Of a DNA stretch of 64,000 nt, positions 20,248 through 29,686 are shown in pieces. How positions within the stretch are numbered: the stretch's first letter is position 1; every line of letters begins with the position of its first letter. The notes under the pieces were generated by a model. That model did no database searches and was not told where the DNA came from. It saw only the letters and a list, made by a program, of their open reading frames with translations. The DNA is from Candidatus Saccharicenans sp. (GTDB lineage Bacteria; Acidobacteriota; Aminicenantia; Aminicenantales; Saccharicenantaceae). The translations under genes and the position numbers were made by a program. The stretch spans positions 90,311 to 154,310 of the forward strand of contig JBASPX010000050.1 of assembly GCA_049659625.1 (NCBI GenBank). The letters are read 5' to 3'.

Positions 20248-21498
20248 TTGAAGAAAATGAAAAGAAGCGTTCTTTACTTCCGCGAATCGCTCGATATGGC
20301 CCTGGATTCTCTCTGGCATAATAAACTTCGCACCTTTCTCACCCTGCTCGGCGTGATCATCGGCGTGCTGACCATCATCGCTGTAGTTTCCGTAATTCAG
20401 GGACTTAACAACTATGTTTACACAAAAATGTCCTTTTACGGCGCCAACGATTTTTCCGTTTCGAAATTCTCGCCCTTCATCACCACCCTGAAAGAATACC
20501 AGGAGCAGATGAAACGGAAAGATTTAACCCTGGAAGACATGAGAATCCTGCGGCAGCTCTGCCGTTCCTGCGAGCTTGTCGGGGCCTCGGTCAACACCTC
20601 CAGAACAGTAAAGTACGGCAGTCGCACCATCAAGGATGTTTCCATCCACGGGGTCACGGCCGTCGACCATCTGATCGGCTCGGTGCTGGAACTGGAAAGA
20701 GGACGCTATTTTACCCAGGATGATGAGGACCGCTCGCGCTTTGTCTGCATCATCGGGGCAGACGTGGCCGAAAACCTTTTTCCCGGTCTTGACCCCCTCG
20801 GTCGCTGGATAAAAATCGGCAACCAGAATTTCGAAGTCATCGGGCTGGGCAAAAAAAAGGGGAAACTTCTGGGCTTCAGCCAGGACAACTACACCTGGAT
20901 TCCGATCACCACCTTCCTGAAGATTTACGGAAGCCGGCAGACGATAAACATCAACGTGCATACCTCATCCCAGGAAGCCATGTCCCGGGCAATGGAAGAG
21001 GTAAGAACCATTTTAAGGTCCATCCGCAAGAGAACCTTCAACCAGCCTGACGATTTTGCCTTCGTTACTTCTGACACTTTCATTCAGTTTTACAAATCGG
21101 TGACTTCCGGAATTTATTTCGCCATGATTGCCATTTCGGCCATCGCCCTGCTGGTCGGAGGAATAGTGATCATGAACATAATGCTGGTGTCGGTGACCGA
21201 AAGGACAAAGGAAATCGGAATCAAAATGGCTGTCGGCGCCAGACGTCGTGATGTTCTGTTTCAATTTCTGATCGAATCCGCCATCATTTCTGGAGTCGGA
21301 GGATTCATAGGCATAATCTCAGGTTACCTCATCGCGGCCATCATCACCGCCACCACCTCCCTGCCCTCCAGGGTGGACCCGGTATCAATACTGGTGGCTC
21401 TGATCATGTCGACCATGGTCGGGCTTTTCTTCGGCATATATCCCGCAAACCGGGCAGCCAGGCTGAACCCGGTCGAAGCGCTGAGGTCAGAACAATGA
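20248..21498 (+). CDS. ABC transporter permease, FtsX/MacB family (copy 1)
   Basis: N-terminal TM helix, ~230-aa periplasmic MacB-PCD-like domain, and three C-terminal TM helices with the conserved FtsX region (…ERTKEIGIKMAVGARRRDVLFQF…). Confidence 0.8.
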   Translation: MKKMKRSVLYFRESLDMALDSLWHNKLRTFLTLLGVIIGVLTIIAVVSVIQGLNNYVYTKMSFYGANDFSVSKFSPFITTLKEYQEQMKRKDLTLEDMRILRQLCRSCELVGASVNTSRTVKYGSRTIKDVSIHGVTAVDHLIGSVLELERGRYFTQDDEDRSRFVCIIGADVAENLFPGLDPLGRWIKIGNQNFEVIGLGKKKGKLLGFSQDNYTWIPITTFLKIYGSRQTININVHTSSQEAMSRAMEEVRTILRSIRKRTFNQPDDFAFVTSDTFIQFYKSVTSGIYFAMIAISAIALLVGGIVIMNIMLVSVTERTKEIGIKMAVGARRRDVLFQFLIESAIISGVGGFIGIISGYLIAAIITATTSLPSRVDPVSILVALIMSTMVGLFFGIYPANRAARLNPVEALRSEQ

Positions 21499-22745
21499 AA
21501 GCCAGAACCGGTCTTTTTCTGGAAACCTTCAGGATGGCCATGGAATCCATCCGCACTCACAAGATGCGCTCGTTTCTGACCACGCTGGGAATAGTCATCG
21601 GGGTTATGACCGTCATCGCCATGGTCTCGGTGATACAGGGGCTTAACAGAAGTATCGCCGGAGAGATAGAAAAAATAGGAAGCAGCCTGATCATCGTTCA
21701 GAAGTTCGAACCGGTGAGAATGGGCACTCTGTCAGAAGAGGAGCGACAGAGAAAAAATCTCTCAATCGAAGACGCCGAAGCCATCATCAACGAATGTCCG
21801 CTGGTCGGAGCTTTAACCATTCAGCTGACACCGGATCTGCTAAAACTTCCTGAAGTTAAATACCAGAATCAGAAAAGCGAAAACGCGGTGATCTTCGGCA
21901 CGGATGAAAATTTCTTCCGCGTTTACTCCATTTACCTGCCAAAGGAAGGCCGCGGTTTCACCCCGGCCGACATCAGACATAAAGCCCGCGTCTGCCTGCT
22001 CGGGGCAGAAGTGGTGGAGGCTCTCTTCCCGCACTCCAGAGCGGTCGGCAAAGAAATACGCATCGGAGGAGAAACTTTCACCGTCATCGGACTTCTGAGC
22101 CGGCGGGGACAGCTGTTCGGCCAGAGCCAGGACAACATCGTCATCATTCCCTACACCAGCCTTATGAAATATTTTCCTTACGATATGAGCTCGCTACAGT
22201 TCACGCTCATTCCGAAAGACCCGACGAAGGTGGATGAAACCATGGAACAGGTAACCAATCTGCTGCGAGTCAGGAGAAAGGTCCCCCCGACCAGACCTGA
22301 CGATTTTTCGATTTATACCCAGGAAACCCTGCTCAACCTTTACAACCAGATCACCGGCGCGGCTTACATCGTGATGATTGTTATCTCTTCCATCGGACTT
22401 CTGGTCGGTGGCATCGGGGTGATGAATATCATGCTGGTGGCCGTCAGGGAAAGAACCAGAGAGATCGGAATTCGCAAAGCGATAGGAGCCAGGCCGGCGG
22501 ACATCATCAAGCAGTTCCTGCTGGAAGCGGTGGTGTTGACCGGTTTTGGCGGGTTGATCGGAATACTCGGCGGGTTTTCCGCAGCGCTGGTCATCAGAGC
22601 GGCCACGCCTCTGCCCGCAGCTATTTCCTGGTGGTCGGTTTTTCTGGGAATTTCTGTCTCCACGGCGGTAGGCCTGTTTTTCGGTATCTTTCCAGCGCAA
22701 AAAGCTGCCCGGATGGACCCGGTAGTGTGTCTTCGCTACGAGTGA
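21495..22745 (+). CDS. ABC transporter permease, FtsX/MacB family (copy 2, paralog of the upstream gene)
   Basis: Same length (416 aa) and architecture as the upstream gene. ERTREIGIRKAIGARPADIIKQF parallels the copy-1 motif. The start overlaps the copy-1 stop by ATGA. Confidence 0.8.
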   Translation: MKARTGLFLETFRMAMESIRTHKMRSFLTTLGIVIGVMTVIAMVSVIQGLNRSIAGEIEKIGSSLIIVQKFEPVRMGTLSEEERQRKNLSIEDAEAIINECPLVGALTIQLTPDLLKLPEVKYQNQKSENAVIFGTDENFFRVYSIYLPKEGRGFTPADIRHKARVCLLGAEVVEALFPHSRAVGKEIRIGGETFTVIGLLSRRGQLFGQSQDNIVIIPYTSLMKYFPYDMSSLQFTLIPKDPTKVDETMEQVTNLLRVRRKVPPTRPDDFSIYTQETLLNLYNQITGAAYIVMIVISSIGLLVGGIGVMNIMLVAVRERTREIGIRKAIGARPADIIKQFLLEAVVLTGFGGLIGILGGFSAALVIRAATPLPAAISWWSVFLGISVSTAVGLFFGIFPAQKAARMDPVVCLRYE

Positions 22746-22746
22746 T

Positions 22747-23964
22747 TCAGCTGCCGGACACTTTTCTTTCAAAAAATTCGACCGCGGTTTTAACCGCTTC
22801 CTGAGCTCTTTCTTTTTCCGGGCTCACCAGCTCAACCAGCGTCGGACTTCCCCCGCCCTTAAGCGGCATTTTCGCCTGAAGAACAGGCATTACCTCTCTG
22901 ACATCAACTTTCAGAGCATCAGCCGAAGCCACCACCAGATGAAAACCTTCTTCCCGGTCAGCCGCCAGGGCGGCCAGAACATCCGCCTGGTGAACAAGAT
23001 TCAACGCCAGAAACTTTATTTCTTCCGGCGATTTATCCCTGAAATAGCCAGAGATAATACGGGAGCGATTTTGAGCGAGAATCTCTCTGGCTTCGTAAAA
23101 AGAGAGTTTTTCCTCCAGCTTTCTGACTCTTTTTTTCAGATTCCTGAGCTCGTTCAGGTTTTTCTCAGCACAGGCGAACGTCTCTGATTCTTCCGCTGAA
23201 AACAGGCGCGCGGTCGCCTGGAGCCAGCGCCGGCGGTTTTCAAACTCCCTGAGCGCCCGGATGCCGCAGACAAAGGAAAAACGAACGTTCCCGCGAATTT
23301 TTTCCTGTCTGAGAATTTTAATCAGCCCGACCTCGCCGGTTCTCCGGCAGTGGGTGCCGCCGCAGGCTGAATAGTCAAAACCGTCCACCTCGACCACCCG
23401 GATCAGTCCTGATTTTTTCGGCGGTTTCCGCAGAGGAATCGAGCCGGTTTCCTCCTCTGACAGGAAATAACTTTTCACTTCAAGGTCGGAAAAAACGATG
23501 CGGTTGGCCAGCTCTTCCACCTCCTGCAGAACCTCATCTTTTATCGAGGGAATCCCTATTTCCACCGTTGATTCTGCCTGACCGAGATGGAAAGAAAGGG
23601 TCTCTCCCCTGACCAGTTCATAAAAGGCCTGAGAAAGAATGTGCTGCCCCGTATGCTGCTGCATATGGTCAAACCGTCTTTCCCAGTCAATCTTTCCGTA
23701 TACCTCGTCATCCGGGAGTTCCCTTTCCAGAAAATGGAGGATACGTCCATTCTCCTCTTCCACCCTTATCACCCTGACTTCATTCAACCAGCCGAGGTCA
23801 TGCGGCTGACCGCCGGACTCAGGATAAAAAGCTGTCTGGTCTAAAACCACCACCGGGAAACCTTCCCTCATTTTCCGCTCAACCACCCTGGCCTTAAATT
23901 CCTGAAGGCAGGCATCTTCAAAATAAAGCCGCCGGGTTTCGCCTCCTGAATTATTTATCGTCAT
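22747..23964 (-). CDS. alaX: Alanyl-tRNA editing protein AlaX (AlaRS editing-domain homolog, long form)
   Basis: HTGQHILSQAF and CGGTHCRRTGEVG zinc-binding motifs of the AlaRS second additional/editing domain. N-terminal tRNA-recognition-like region is also present. Confidence 0.75.
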   Translation of the reverse strand: MTINNSGGETRRLYFEDACLQEFKARVVERKMREGFPVVVLDQTAFYPESGGQPHDLGWLNEVRVIRVEEENGRILHFLERELPDDEVYGKIDWERRFDHMQQHTGQHILSQAFYELVRGETLSFHLGQAESTVEIGIPSIKDEVLQEVEELANRIVFSDLEVKSYFLSEEETGSIPLRKPPKKSGLIRVVEVDGFDYSACGGTHCRRTGEVGLIKILRQEKIRGNVRFSFVCGIRALREFENRRRWLQATARLFSAEESETFACAEKNLNELRNLKKRVRKLEEKLSFYEAREILAQNRSRIISGYFRDKSPEEIKFLALNLVHQADVLAALAADREEGFHLVVASADALKVDVREVMPVLQAKMPLKGGGSPTLVELVSPEKERAQEAVKTAVEFFERKVSGS

Positions 23965-24029
23965 TTTTCCTCTCCGTTCAGAATATTCTTCTTTAATATA
24001 CCACAGGAATACACTGCAGGCGGGACACT

Positions 24030-24704
24030 TCAGGTTTTAACCCCGGCTATCCGCAAAACTCTCTCAGCGGTCTTGAAATGGAGCTTGGCCACTTTTTCCA
24101 GGACCTCCGGTCCGTATTGCCGGACAAGTTTCACCCCGGCTTCCTCCACCAGCGGCGAAGCCCCTTTGGGAAGCTGGATTCCGTATTTCTCAGAAAGGTC
24201 TTTTAATTCGTACAGAAAGTGAGCCCGGGCCAGGATGGAAGCCGCAGCCACCGCCAGGTCCTCTTCGGCTTTCGTTTTCTGAACCAGACTGATTTTTTTG
24301 CCCTTTTTCATCAGGGCTTCACGCACGAAACGTTCGTCTCCAAACTTATCGGTCAGGGCTTCGGCACAGTTAACCTTCTCTAAGATATTTTCAACGGCCC
24401 GCGCGTGCCCCCAGGCTAAAAGCCGGTTGAGGTTGCGCAGATTCCTGTAAATCGCGTTGTAACGTTCAGGACCTATGGAGACTACAGAATACACATATCC
24501 CTGTCTCAGACTCCGGGCTATTTCCAGCACCCGGTTGTCGGAAAGCTTCTTAGAATCGCGGACACCGAGTTCCTGAAGAACAGGCTCCTGGCCGGCCGGC
24601 AGAAAAAATCCGGCCACCACCAGTGGACCAAAAAAATCCCCCTTCCCGGATTCGTCGGTGCCGATATGACCCTTTTCTGGCGGTATCAATTCCTGCTGAA
24701 TCAT
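24030..24704 (-). CDS. rnhB: Ribonuclease HII family
   Basis: DESGKGDFFGPLVVAG (DExGRG-type catalytic motif), DSKKLS, AASILAR motifs. Length is 224 aa. Confidence 0.7.
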   Translation of the reverse strand: MIQQELIPPEKGHIGTDESGKGDFFGPLVVAGFFLPAGQEPVLQELGVRDSKKLSDNRVLEIARSLRQGYVYSVVSIGPERYNAIYRNLRNLNRLLAWGHARAVENILEKVNCAEALTDKFGDERFVREALMKKGKKISLVQKTKAEEDLAVAAASILARAHFLYELKDLSEKYGIQLPKGASPLVEEAGVKLVRQYGPEVLEKVAKLHFKTAERVLRIAGVKT

Positions 24705-24838
24705 GTTCTCCGCTTCTTTCCTGACAAATCATTCACAGCTTTTCTATTTTACTTTAATCGGGAGGGAGGCTGAACTGCCAGCAGAAAAAAAATTACCGGA
24801 TCAATTTTTATCAAAAAACCTGTAATTCCGGTAATTTC

Positions 24839-26353
24839 TCAACACCGGAGATTCTTCAGATAATTATGTATGGCCAGGGCCGCTCTCCGACCATCTCCCA
24901 TCGCCAGGATGACCGTCGCTCCTCCCCTGACAGCGTCGCCGCCGGCATAAACGCCTTCCAGAGAAGTAGCCATCGTCCGGTAATCCACCTCGACATTGCC
25001 CCAGCGGCCGAGCTTCAAACCGGAAAGCTGTTTTATCAGCAGGGGATTCGGACTCTGACCGATGGCCACCACCGCCAGGTCAACCTCCACTTCAAACTCA
25101 GAGCCAGGGATGGGAACCGGTCTCGGCCTTCCTGACGAGTCAAGTTCTCCCAGAGCCAGCCTCTGGAGAACCATCCCGGCCAGTCTTCCCCGCCCGTCGT
25201 CTATGAACCTTACCGGCACCACCAGAAAATTGAATTTTACTCCCTCTTCCTCCGCGTGTTTGATTTCTTCCGCCCGGGCCGGCATTTCTGCCCTCGTCCG
25301 GCGGTAAAAAATCCCGGCCATTTCGGCGCCAAGCCTGAGGGCAGTTCTGACGGCGTCCATGGCCACATTACCTCCTCCGATCACCGCCACCCGGCGTCCG
25401 CGGGGAACCGGTGTGTCATAATCAGGGAAGTCATAACCCTTCATCAGGTTTACCCGTGTCAGATATTCGTTGGCAGAATAAACTCCGGTGAGATTTTCTC
25501 CGGGAATATTCATAAACGAGGGCAGCCCGGCTCCGGTACCCAGGAAAAAAGCTCTGTAGCCAGCTCTCCTTAGATCATCCAGTGAGGCAGTCTTCCCGAC
25601 GATGAAATTTGCCCTGATTTCTACCCCGAGCGACCTGACATAGTTTATCTCAGCCTGAAGAATTTGCCCTGGCAGGCGAAACTCCGGAATGCCGTAAGCC
25701 AGAACTCCACCCGGAAGATGGAGAGCTTCAAAAATTGTTACCCGGTATCCCAGCCGGGCAAGGTCTGAAGCCGCGGTCAACCCTGCAGGTCCCGAACCTA
25801 TCACTGCTATTTTCTCGCTGCCAGCGCAAACTTCATTTCCCCTCCCTTCCCGGAAAATGCGGCCTTCACGCAGGCAGAGATAATCCGCGGCAAACCTTTC
25901 GAGATTTCCGATGGCCACCGGCGGTTTGCCGGCCCGGACCAGGTTGCAGTTTTTCTCGCACTGGACCTCCTGCGGACAGACTCGCCCGCAGATGGCCGGA
26001 AGGCTGTTGGTCTCCCTTATTTTTTCCAGCGCTTTCTCCAGCTCTCCGACTTCAATATATTTTATGAAGGTTGGAATATCGATGGCGACCGGGCATCCGG
26101 AGACGCAACCGGGGTTACCGCAATCGAGGCAGCGTCTGGCTTCAGTCACGGCCAGCTCGAAAGAATAACCGAGATTTACTTCCCGGAAATTCTTTATTCT
26201 TTCTTCTGACGGCTGCTCGGGCATCGGCTGCCTCTCAATGGAAAGCCTCTTCTGCACTGAAAGCTGGCGCCGGAGGGCTTTTCTCCACTCCTTCTCTCTT
26301 TCCTCCTGCCACCTGGCCACCAGCCCCGGTTCGATTTTCTCGCCCTTATTCAT
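24839..26353 (-). CDS. NfnB/GltD-like FAD/NAD(P)-binding oxidoreductase subunit with N-terminal 2x[4Fe-4S]
   Basis: N-terminal cysteine clusters (CLDCGNPGCVSGCP… and …C..C..C) followed by two Rossmann GxGxxG regions (GSGPAGLTAA; VIGGGNVAMD). This is the typical glutamate-synthase-small-subunit / NfnB architecture. Confidence 0.8.
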   Translation of the reverse strand: MNKGEKIEPGLVARWQEEREKEWRKALRRQLSVQKRLSIERQPMPEQPSEERIKNFREVNLGYSFELAVTEARRCLDCGNPGCVSGCPVAIDIPTFIKYIEVGELEKALEKIRETNSLPAICGRVCPQEVQCEKNCNLVRAGKPPVAIGNLERFAADYLCLREGRIFREGRGNEVCAGSEKIAVIGSGPAGLTAASDLARLGYRVTIFEALHLPGGVLAYGIPEFRLPGQILQAEINYVRSLGVEIRANFIVGKTASLDDLRRAGYRAFFLGTGAGLPSFMNIPGENLTGVYSANEYLTRVNLMKGYDFPDYDTPVPRGRRVAVIGGGNVAMDAVRTALRLGAEMAGIFYRRTRAEMPARAEEIKHAEEEGVKFNFLVVPVRFIDDGRGRLAGMVLQRLALGELDSSGRPRPVPIPGSEFEVEVDLAVVAIGQSPNPLLIKQLSGLKLGRWGNVEVDYRTMATSLEGVYAGGDAVRGGATVILAMGDGRRAALAIHNYLKNLRC

Positions 26354-27201
26354 TTCCGCTCACCCCGATTTATCCAGAATTCGCTCTCCAGTCTGGCCAG
26401 CGCTTTTTCTTCCTCGCGCAGAAAAGCTTTCCGGCGGTGGAAATACTCAACCCAGTCGAGTTCTCTTCCGTCAAACCAGGGTCCGTCGACACAGGCAAAA
26501 AGCGTCCGGCCGCCGACAGAAACACGGCAGGCACCGCACATTCCGGTTCCGTCCACCATGATCGGGTTAAGGTTCACCAGGGTCTTCAGCCCGAGGCGGG
26601 CGCCGGCCTCGGAGATCCTGAAAAGAAGATAGCTGCAGCCGATAACCAGAATGGCGGAAATCTCTGCCTGCTCACGTTTTATCCGCGCCATCAACCCGAT
26701 AAGTTCTTCTCCCGCCTCCAGGCAGTCCTGCCGGAAAAACTTCAAAAATCTATCGGAATATCTCTTGATTCTTTCCACCCAATAAAGAAAAGCCTGGCTC
26801 CTGGCTTCAGCTAAAAAAATTACCCGGTTGCCTCTTTCTTTAAGTTCTCTGGCCAGGGGATAAAGTCCGCCGATTCCATAACAACCTCCGACCAGAAGGA
26901 CGGTTTCAGAAACCGGCAAATCCGGCGAACGGCCGAGCGGACCGGCCACACCCTCCACCAGATCGCCTTCTCGCAGGCTGGCCAGCTTTCTGGTGCTTGC
27001 GCCCAGATTAAGAAAAACTACCTCAACCGTTCCTCTTTCCTGGTCCCAGTCTGCGATATTCAACGGAATTCTTTCTCCCCGGCTGTCAGGAATGACCATC
27101 AAAAACTGTCCGGCTCTGGCCGAAGCGGCCACCTCCGGGGCTTCCAGCACCAGCCGGTAAACATTCGGGACAAGCCTTTCGGAAACCAGCACTCTGTTCA
27201 T
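26350..27201 (-). CDS. NfnA/PyrK-like ferredoxin-NADP reductase-type subunit (FAD/NAD binding plus C-terminal [2Fe-2S])
   Basis: 283 aa with C-terminal CGACRVSVGGRTLFACVDGPWFDG cysteine motif typical of PyrK/SudB/NfnA. 4-nt overlaps with both neighbouring genes. Confidence 0.75.
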   Translation of the reverse strand: MNRVLVSERLVPNVYRLVLEAPEVAASARAGQFLMVIPDSRGERIPLNIADWDQERGTVEVVFLNLGASTRKLASLREGDLVEGVAGPLGRSPDLPVSETVLLVGGCYGIGGLYPLARELKERGNRVIFLAEARSQAFLYWVERIKRYSDRFLKFFRQDCLEAGEELIGLMARIKREQAEISAILVIGCSYLLFRISEAGARLGLKTLVNLNPIMVDGTGMCGACRVSVGGRTLFACVDGPWFDGRELDWVEYFHRRKAFLREEEKALARLESEFWINRGERK

Positions 27202-29224
27202 TGTTTAACCTTAATCGTAGCACTGATAATTCCCTGATTATAAAGTTTCAACTTAACAGAATCATCCAGAATCGGGAAAATCACCCCGCATCCGGGAAAG
27301 AGCTCCGGACTTAACCTGACTTCCAGCTCGAGCCTGCAGTCCTCAGTTTCGAGAAAAACCTTCTGCCCTTCCTCCAACCCGAGAGAACGAGCCTTGGCTT
27401 CGTTCAGCCAGAGCCAGTCAGGGTCGCTGATTGCCCGGAAACTCTCCATCTCACGGGCAAAACTCACCCCGGAATAAACGTCGAGGTTGCGACCGACGAT
27501 AATCTTAATACTGCCGGAATCGGCAGCCGGGAAAACACCTTTTTCCGGCTCTTCCCCCGCCGGCCGAAACGGCAGGTAGGAAGCGGTAAATTCTTTTCGC
27601 TTCATCTCTTCTTTTAAGTAAAATTCCGGATGGTCTGCGGCCTCGCTCAACCTGAGCGGGATTCTCTCTGCCAGATTGTTTAATATTTCCTCATCCGTCA
27701 TATTCCTCTGCCTTAATTCCTGTTTGCCGGAATCAAATTTCTTAAACCTTCCTATTGCCTCCACAACCAGGGTATTTTCTTCGATAAAAGTGGCTGAAGG
27801 TAAATAGACGTCAGCCAGCCCGGCCTCTGCCGTCTGAAATGGTTTCTGCACCACCAGAAATTCCGGCTTTCTCCTCAGCGGAAGGTCTCCCAGAATATAG
27901 AGGAATTTAATTTTTCCCGCCTCTATCATCCCGTCAATTTCTTCCTGGCTTTCCAGCACCCTTAACTTAAATTTCTTTTTAAGCCTTTCGGCCAGAAGAC
28001 CACCGGCTGCTGCCTGAACCGGTAAAAGCCTGGCTTCAAGTTTCAAGGCGAGATTCCAGAGAGCGGTTAAATTTTCTTCCGCGGCCGGCTGACGAAGGAA
28101 CCTTTCTCCAAAAAGAAAAAGCGATGGACTGGAAGAGAGAAGCAGGTCGACGGCCTTTTTTACTTTCCCCGGCTCAAGACCGGCTTCCCTGACCGACCGG
28201 TCAACAGAAATTTCTTTAAGCCTTTCTAAAAATTCATGATAACCGCGATAAAAACTCAGCCCGGGCGCCGCCTTCAGCACCGTCCTGGTTATGGCCAGAA
28301 GCGCCATGGCTTTTTTCTCCGGGTGGCATCTAAGAAAAACGTCGGCCGTCCGGGCTGATCGGTTGAGTCCGGAATCCAGCACCAGCAATCCGGCTCCACT
28401 GTTCAGGGATTTCTTAATCTCCAGCCAGAGGGTCAGACCTTCCGAAAGAATATCCAGATCAACCAGGAAGAAGCTCTTAAACTTCGGCAACTCTTCCAGG
28501 TCGAGCCGGCGTTCGATGCTTATTCCCAGACGCTCTTCTAAATCAGACAGCTTTCCATAAAAATCTCCGGGAGCCAGGTAAAAAAGATTTTTCACTCCGA
28601 GAGCTTCCGCCAGGGAATAAAAAGCCAGAAGGCTTTGAGCCGCGGCCAGGCCGGCAGAAACAAAAGCTATCTCTTCTGGCTTATACTTTCTGATTGCCTC
28701 AACCACCGCCGCCAGCGCCCGATCCCGGGAAGAGTCGCTCTGCCGGCCGTTCTGCTGGAGAAGAGGGCTGGATGGTGAAATCCGCCGGTTGAACAATTCC
28801 TTAAAGCCAAAACGTCCACGGGCACAGGCCATCCCGGGAGAGGCTGGCTTTATCCTTCTTATCGAGACATCTTCGCGGAATTCTGCTCGAAGCTCGCAGG
28901 CCGAGCTGCAGAGCTGACATATGAATGATTGTTCATATATTGAGTCTGCGGCAGCGGCGTAAACTCCCCTTTCGCTGAAGGCCGCCACCGGACAGACATC
29001 AAGGCAGGCGCCGCAGAAGCTGCATCCGGATTCCCGCAAACTGCGGTGGAAGAAGGTGTCAACAGCGATATTTTCTCCCCGTCCGGAAAAGGTCAGAACG
29101 TTTTCTCCCCGGAGCTCGGCGCAGGCTCTAAGGCATCTTCCGCAGGTAATGCAGAGATTCGGGTTGTGGATTATAAAGGGGTCGGATAACCACAGCTGCC
29201 GGTTTCTGTTTTTATAATCATAGG
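27198..29224 (-). CDS. NuoG/FdhA-like subunit, C-terminal part, in the -1 frame relative to the upstream piece: 2x[4Fe-4S] ferredoxin motifs plus molybdopterin-oxidoreductase (Mo-bisPGD) family domain
   Basis: The listed ORF (27198-29039) extends upstream in the same frame without an ATG: …DPFIIHNPNLCITCGRCLRAC…CSFCGACLDVCP (two CxxCxxCxxxCP clusters). Next comes the Mo-bisPGD N-terminal cluster CQLCSSAC…P.PGMACARG, and later the ADVYLPSATFIEE cofactor-binding motif. The frame joins the upstream 171-aa ORF through a -1 shift in an A7 run at 29218-29224. Confidence 0.7.
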
Positions 29225-29686
29225 GAATTTTTTTATCTTCAAATACTCAATCACTTTCTGCAGCTCGCAGTCTCCGTCGCGCGGGCAGAAAACGCAGCCG
29301 CCCGTCTCCAGGGCTCTGGCCATGGTGACCTTAAGTTCCTTGCAGACATTCTTTTCGTGGCAGACCAGACAGAAATAAGGATGTTCGCTCAGTATCAGCT
29401 CCAGGATAGCTCTTCTGAGTTCTTCCAGCTCGGGTGAACTGGTGATTATCTCCAGGCCTTCTTCCACCTTAACCTGACAGGCGGGCAAAGGCTGCGGTTT
29501 ACCGGAAATCTCCACCAGACATAACCGGCAGGCAGTCCGGACCGGAAGTCCTTCCAGATAGCATAGCGCCGGGATATAAATTCCATTCTTCCTGGCGCAC
29601 TCCAGCACGGTCATCCCGGGCTTCGCTTCCAGCATCCGGTTGTTAATTTTAACCCTGACTTTATCCACCGAACTCATCAACCTCAC
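29171..29686 (-). CDS. NuoG/HndD-like N-terminal piece: [2Fe-2S] ferredoxin domain plus His-ligated [4Fe-4S] motif (interrupted by frameshift)
   Basis: PALCYLEGLPVRTACRLCLVEISGKPQPLPACQ (2Fe-2S) and HEKNVCKELKV…CVFCPRDGDCELQ (NuoG N7-type cluster). It terminates 20 codons after the A7 run. Confidence 0.7.
   Translation of the reverse strand: MRLMSSVDKVRVKINNRMLEAKPGMTVLECARKNGIYIPALCYLEGLPVRTACRLCLVEISGKPQPLPACQVKVEEGLEIITSSPELEELRRAILELILSEHPYFCLVCHEKNVCKELKVTMARALETGGCVFCPRDGDCELQKVIEYLKIKKFPMIIKTETGSCGYPTPL

Noticed and set aside
28800-29039. PGMACARG in the Mo-domain subunit as a possible [FeFe]-hydrogenase H-cluster motif (ExMACxxGC)
   Set aside because: It follows CQLCSSAC at the spacing of the Mo-bisPGD N-terminal [4Fe-4S] motif (Cx2Cx3C…C), and no TSCCP / MPCxxK H-cluster motifs are present. 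I read it as a molybdopterin-oxidoreductase-family domain, not a hydrogenase.
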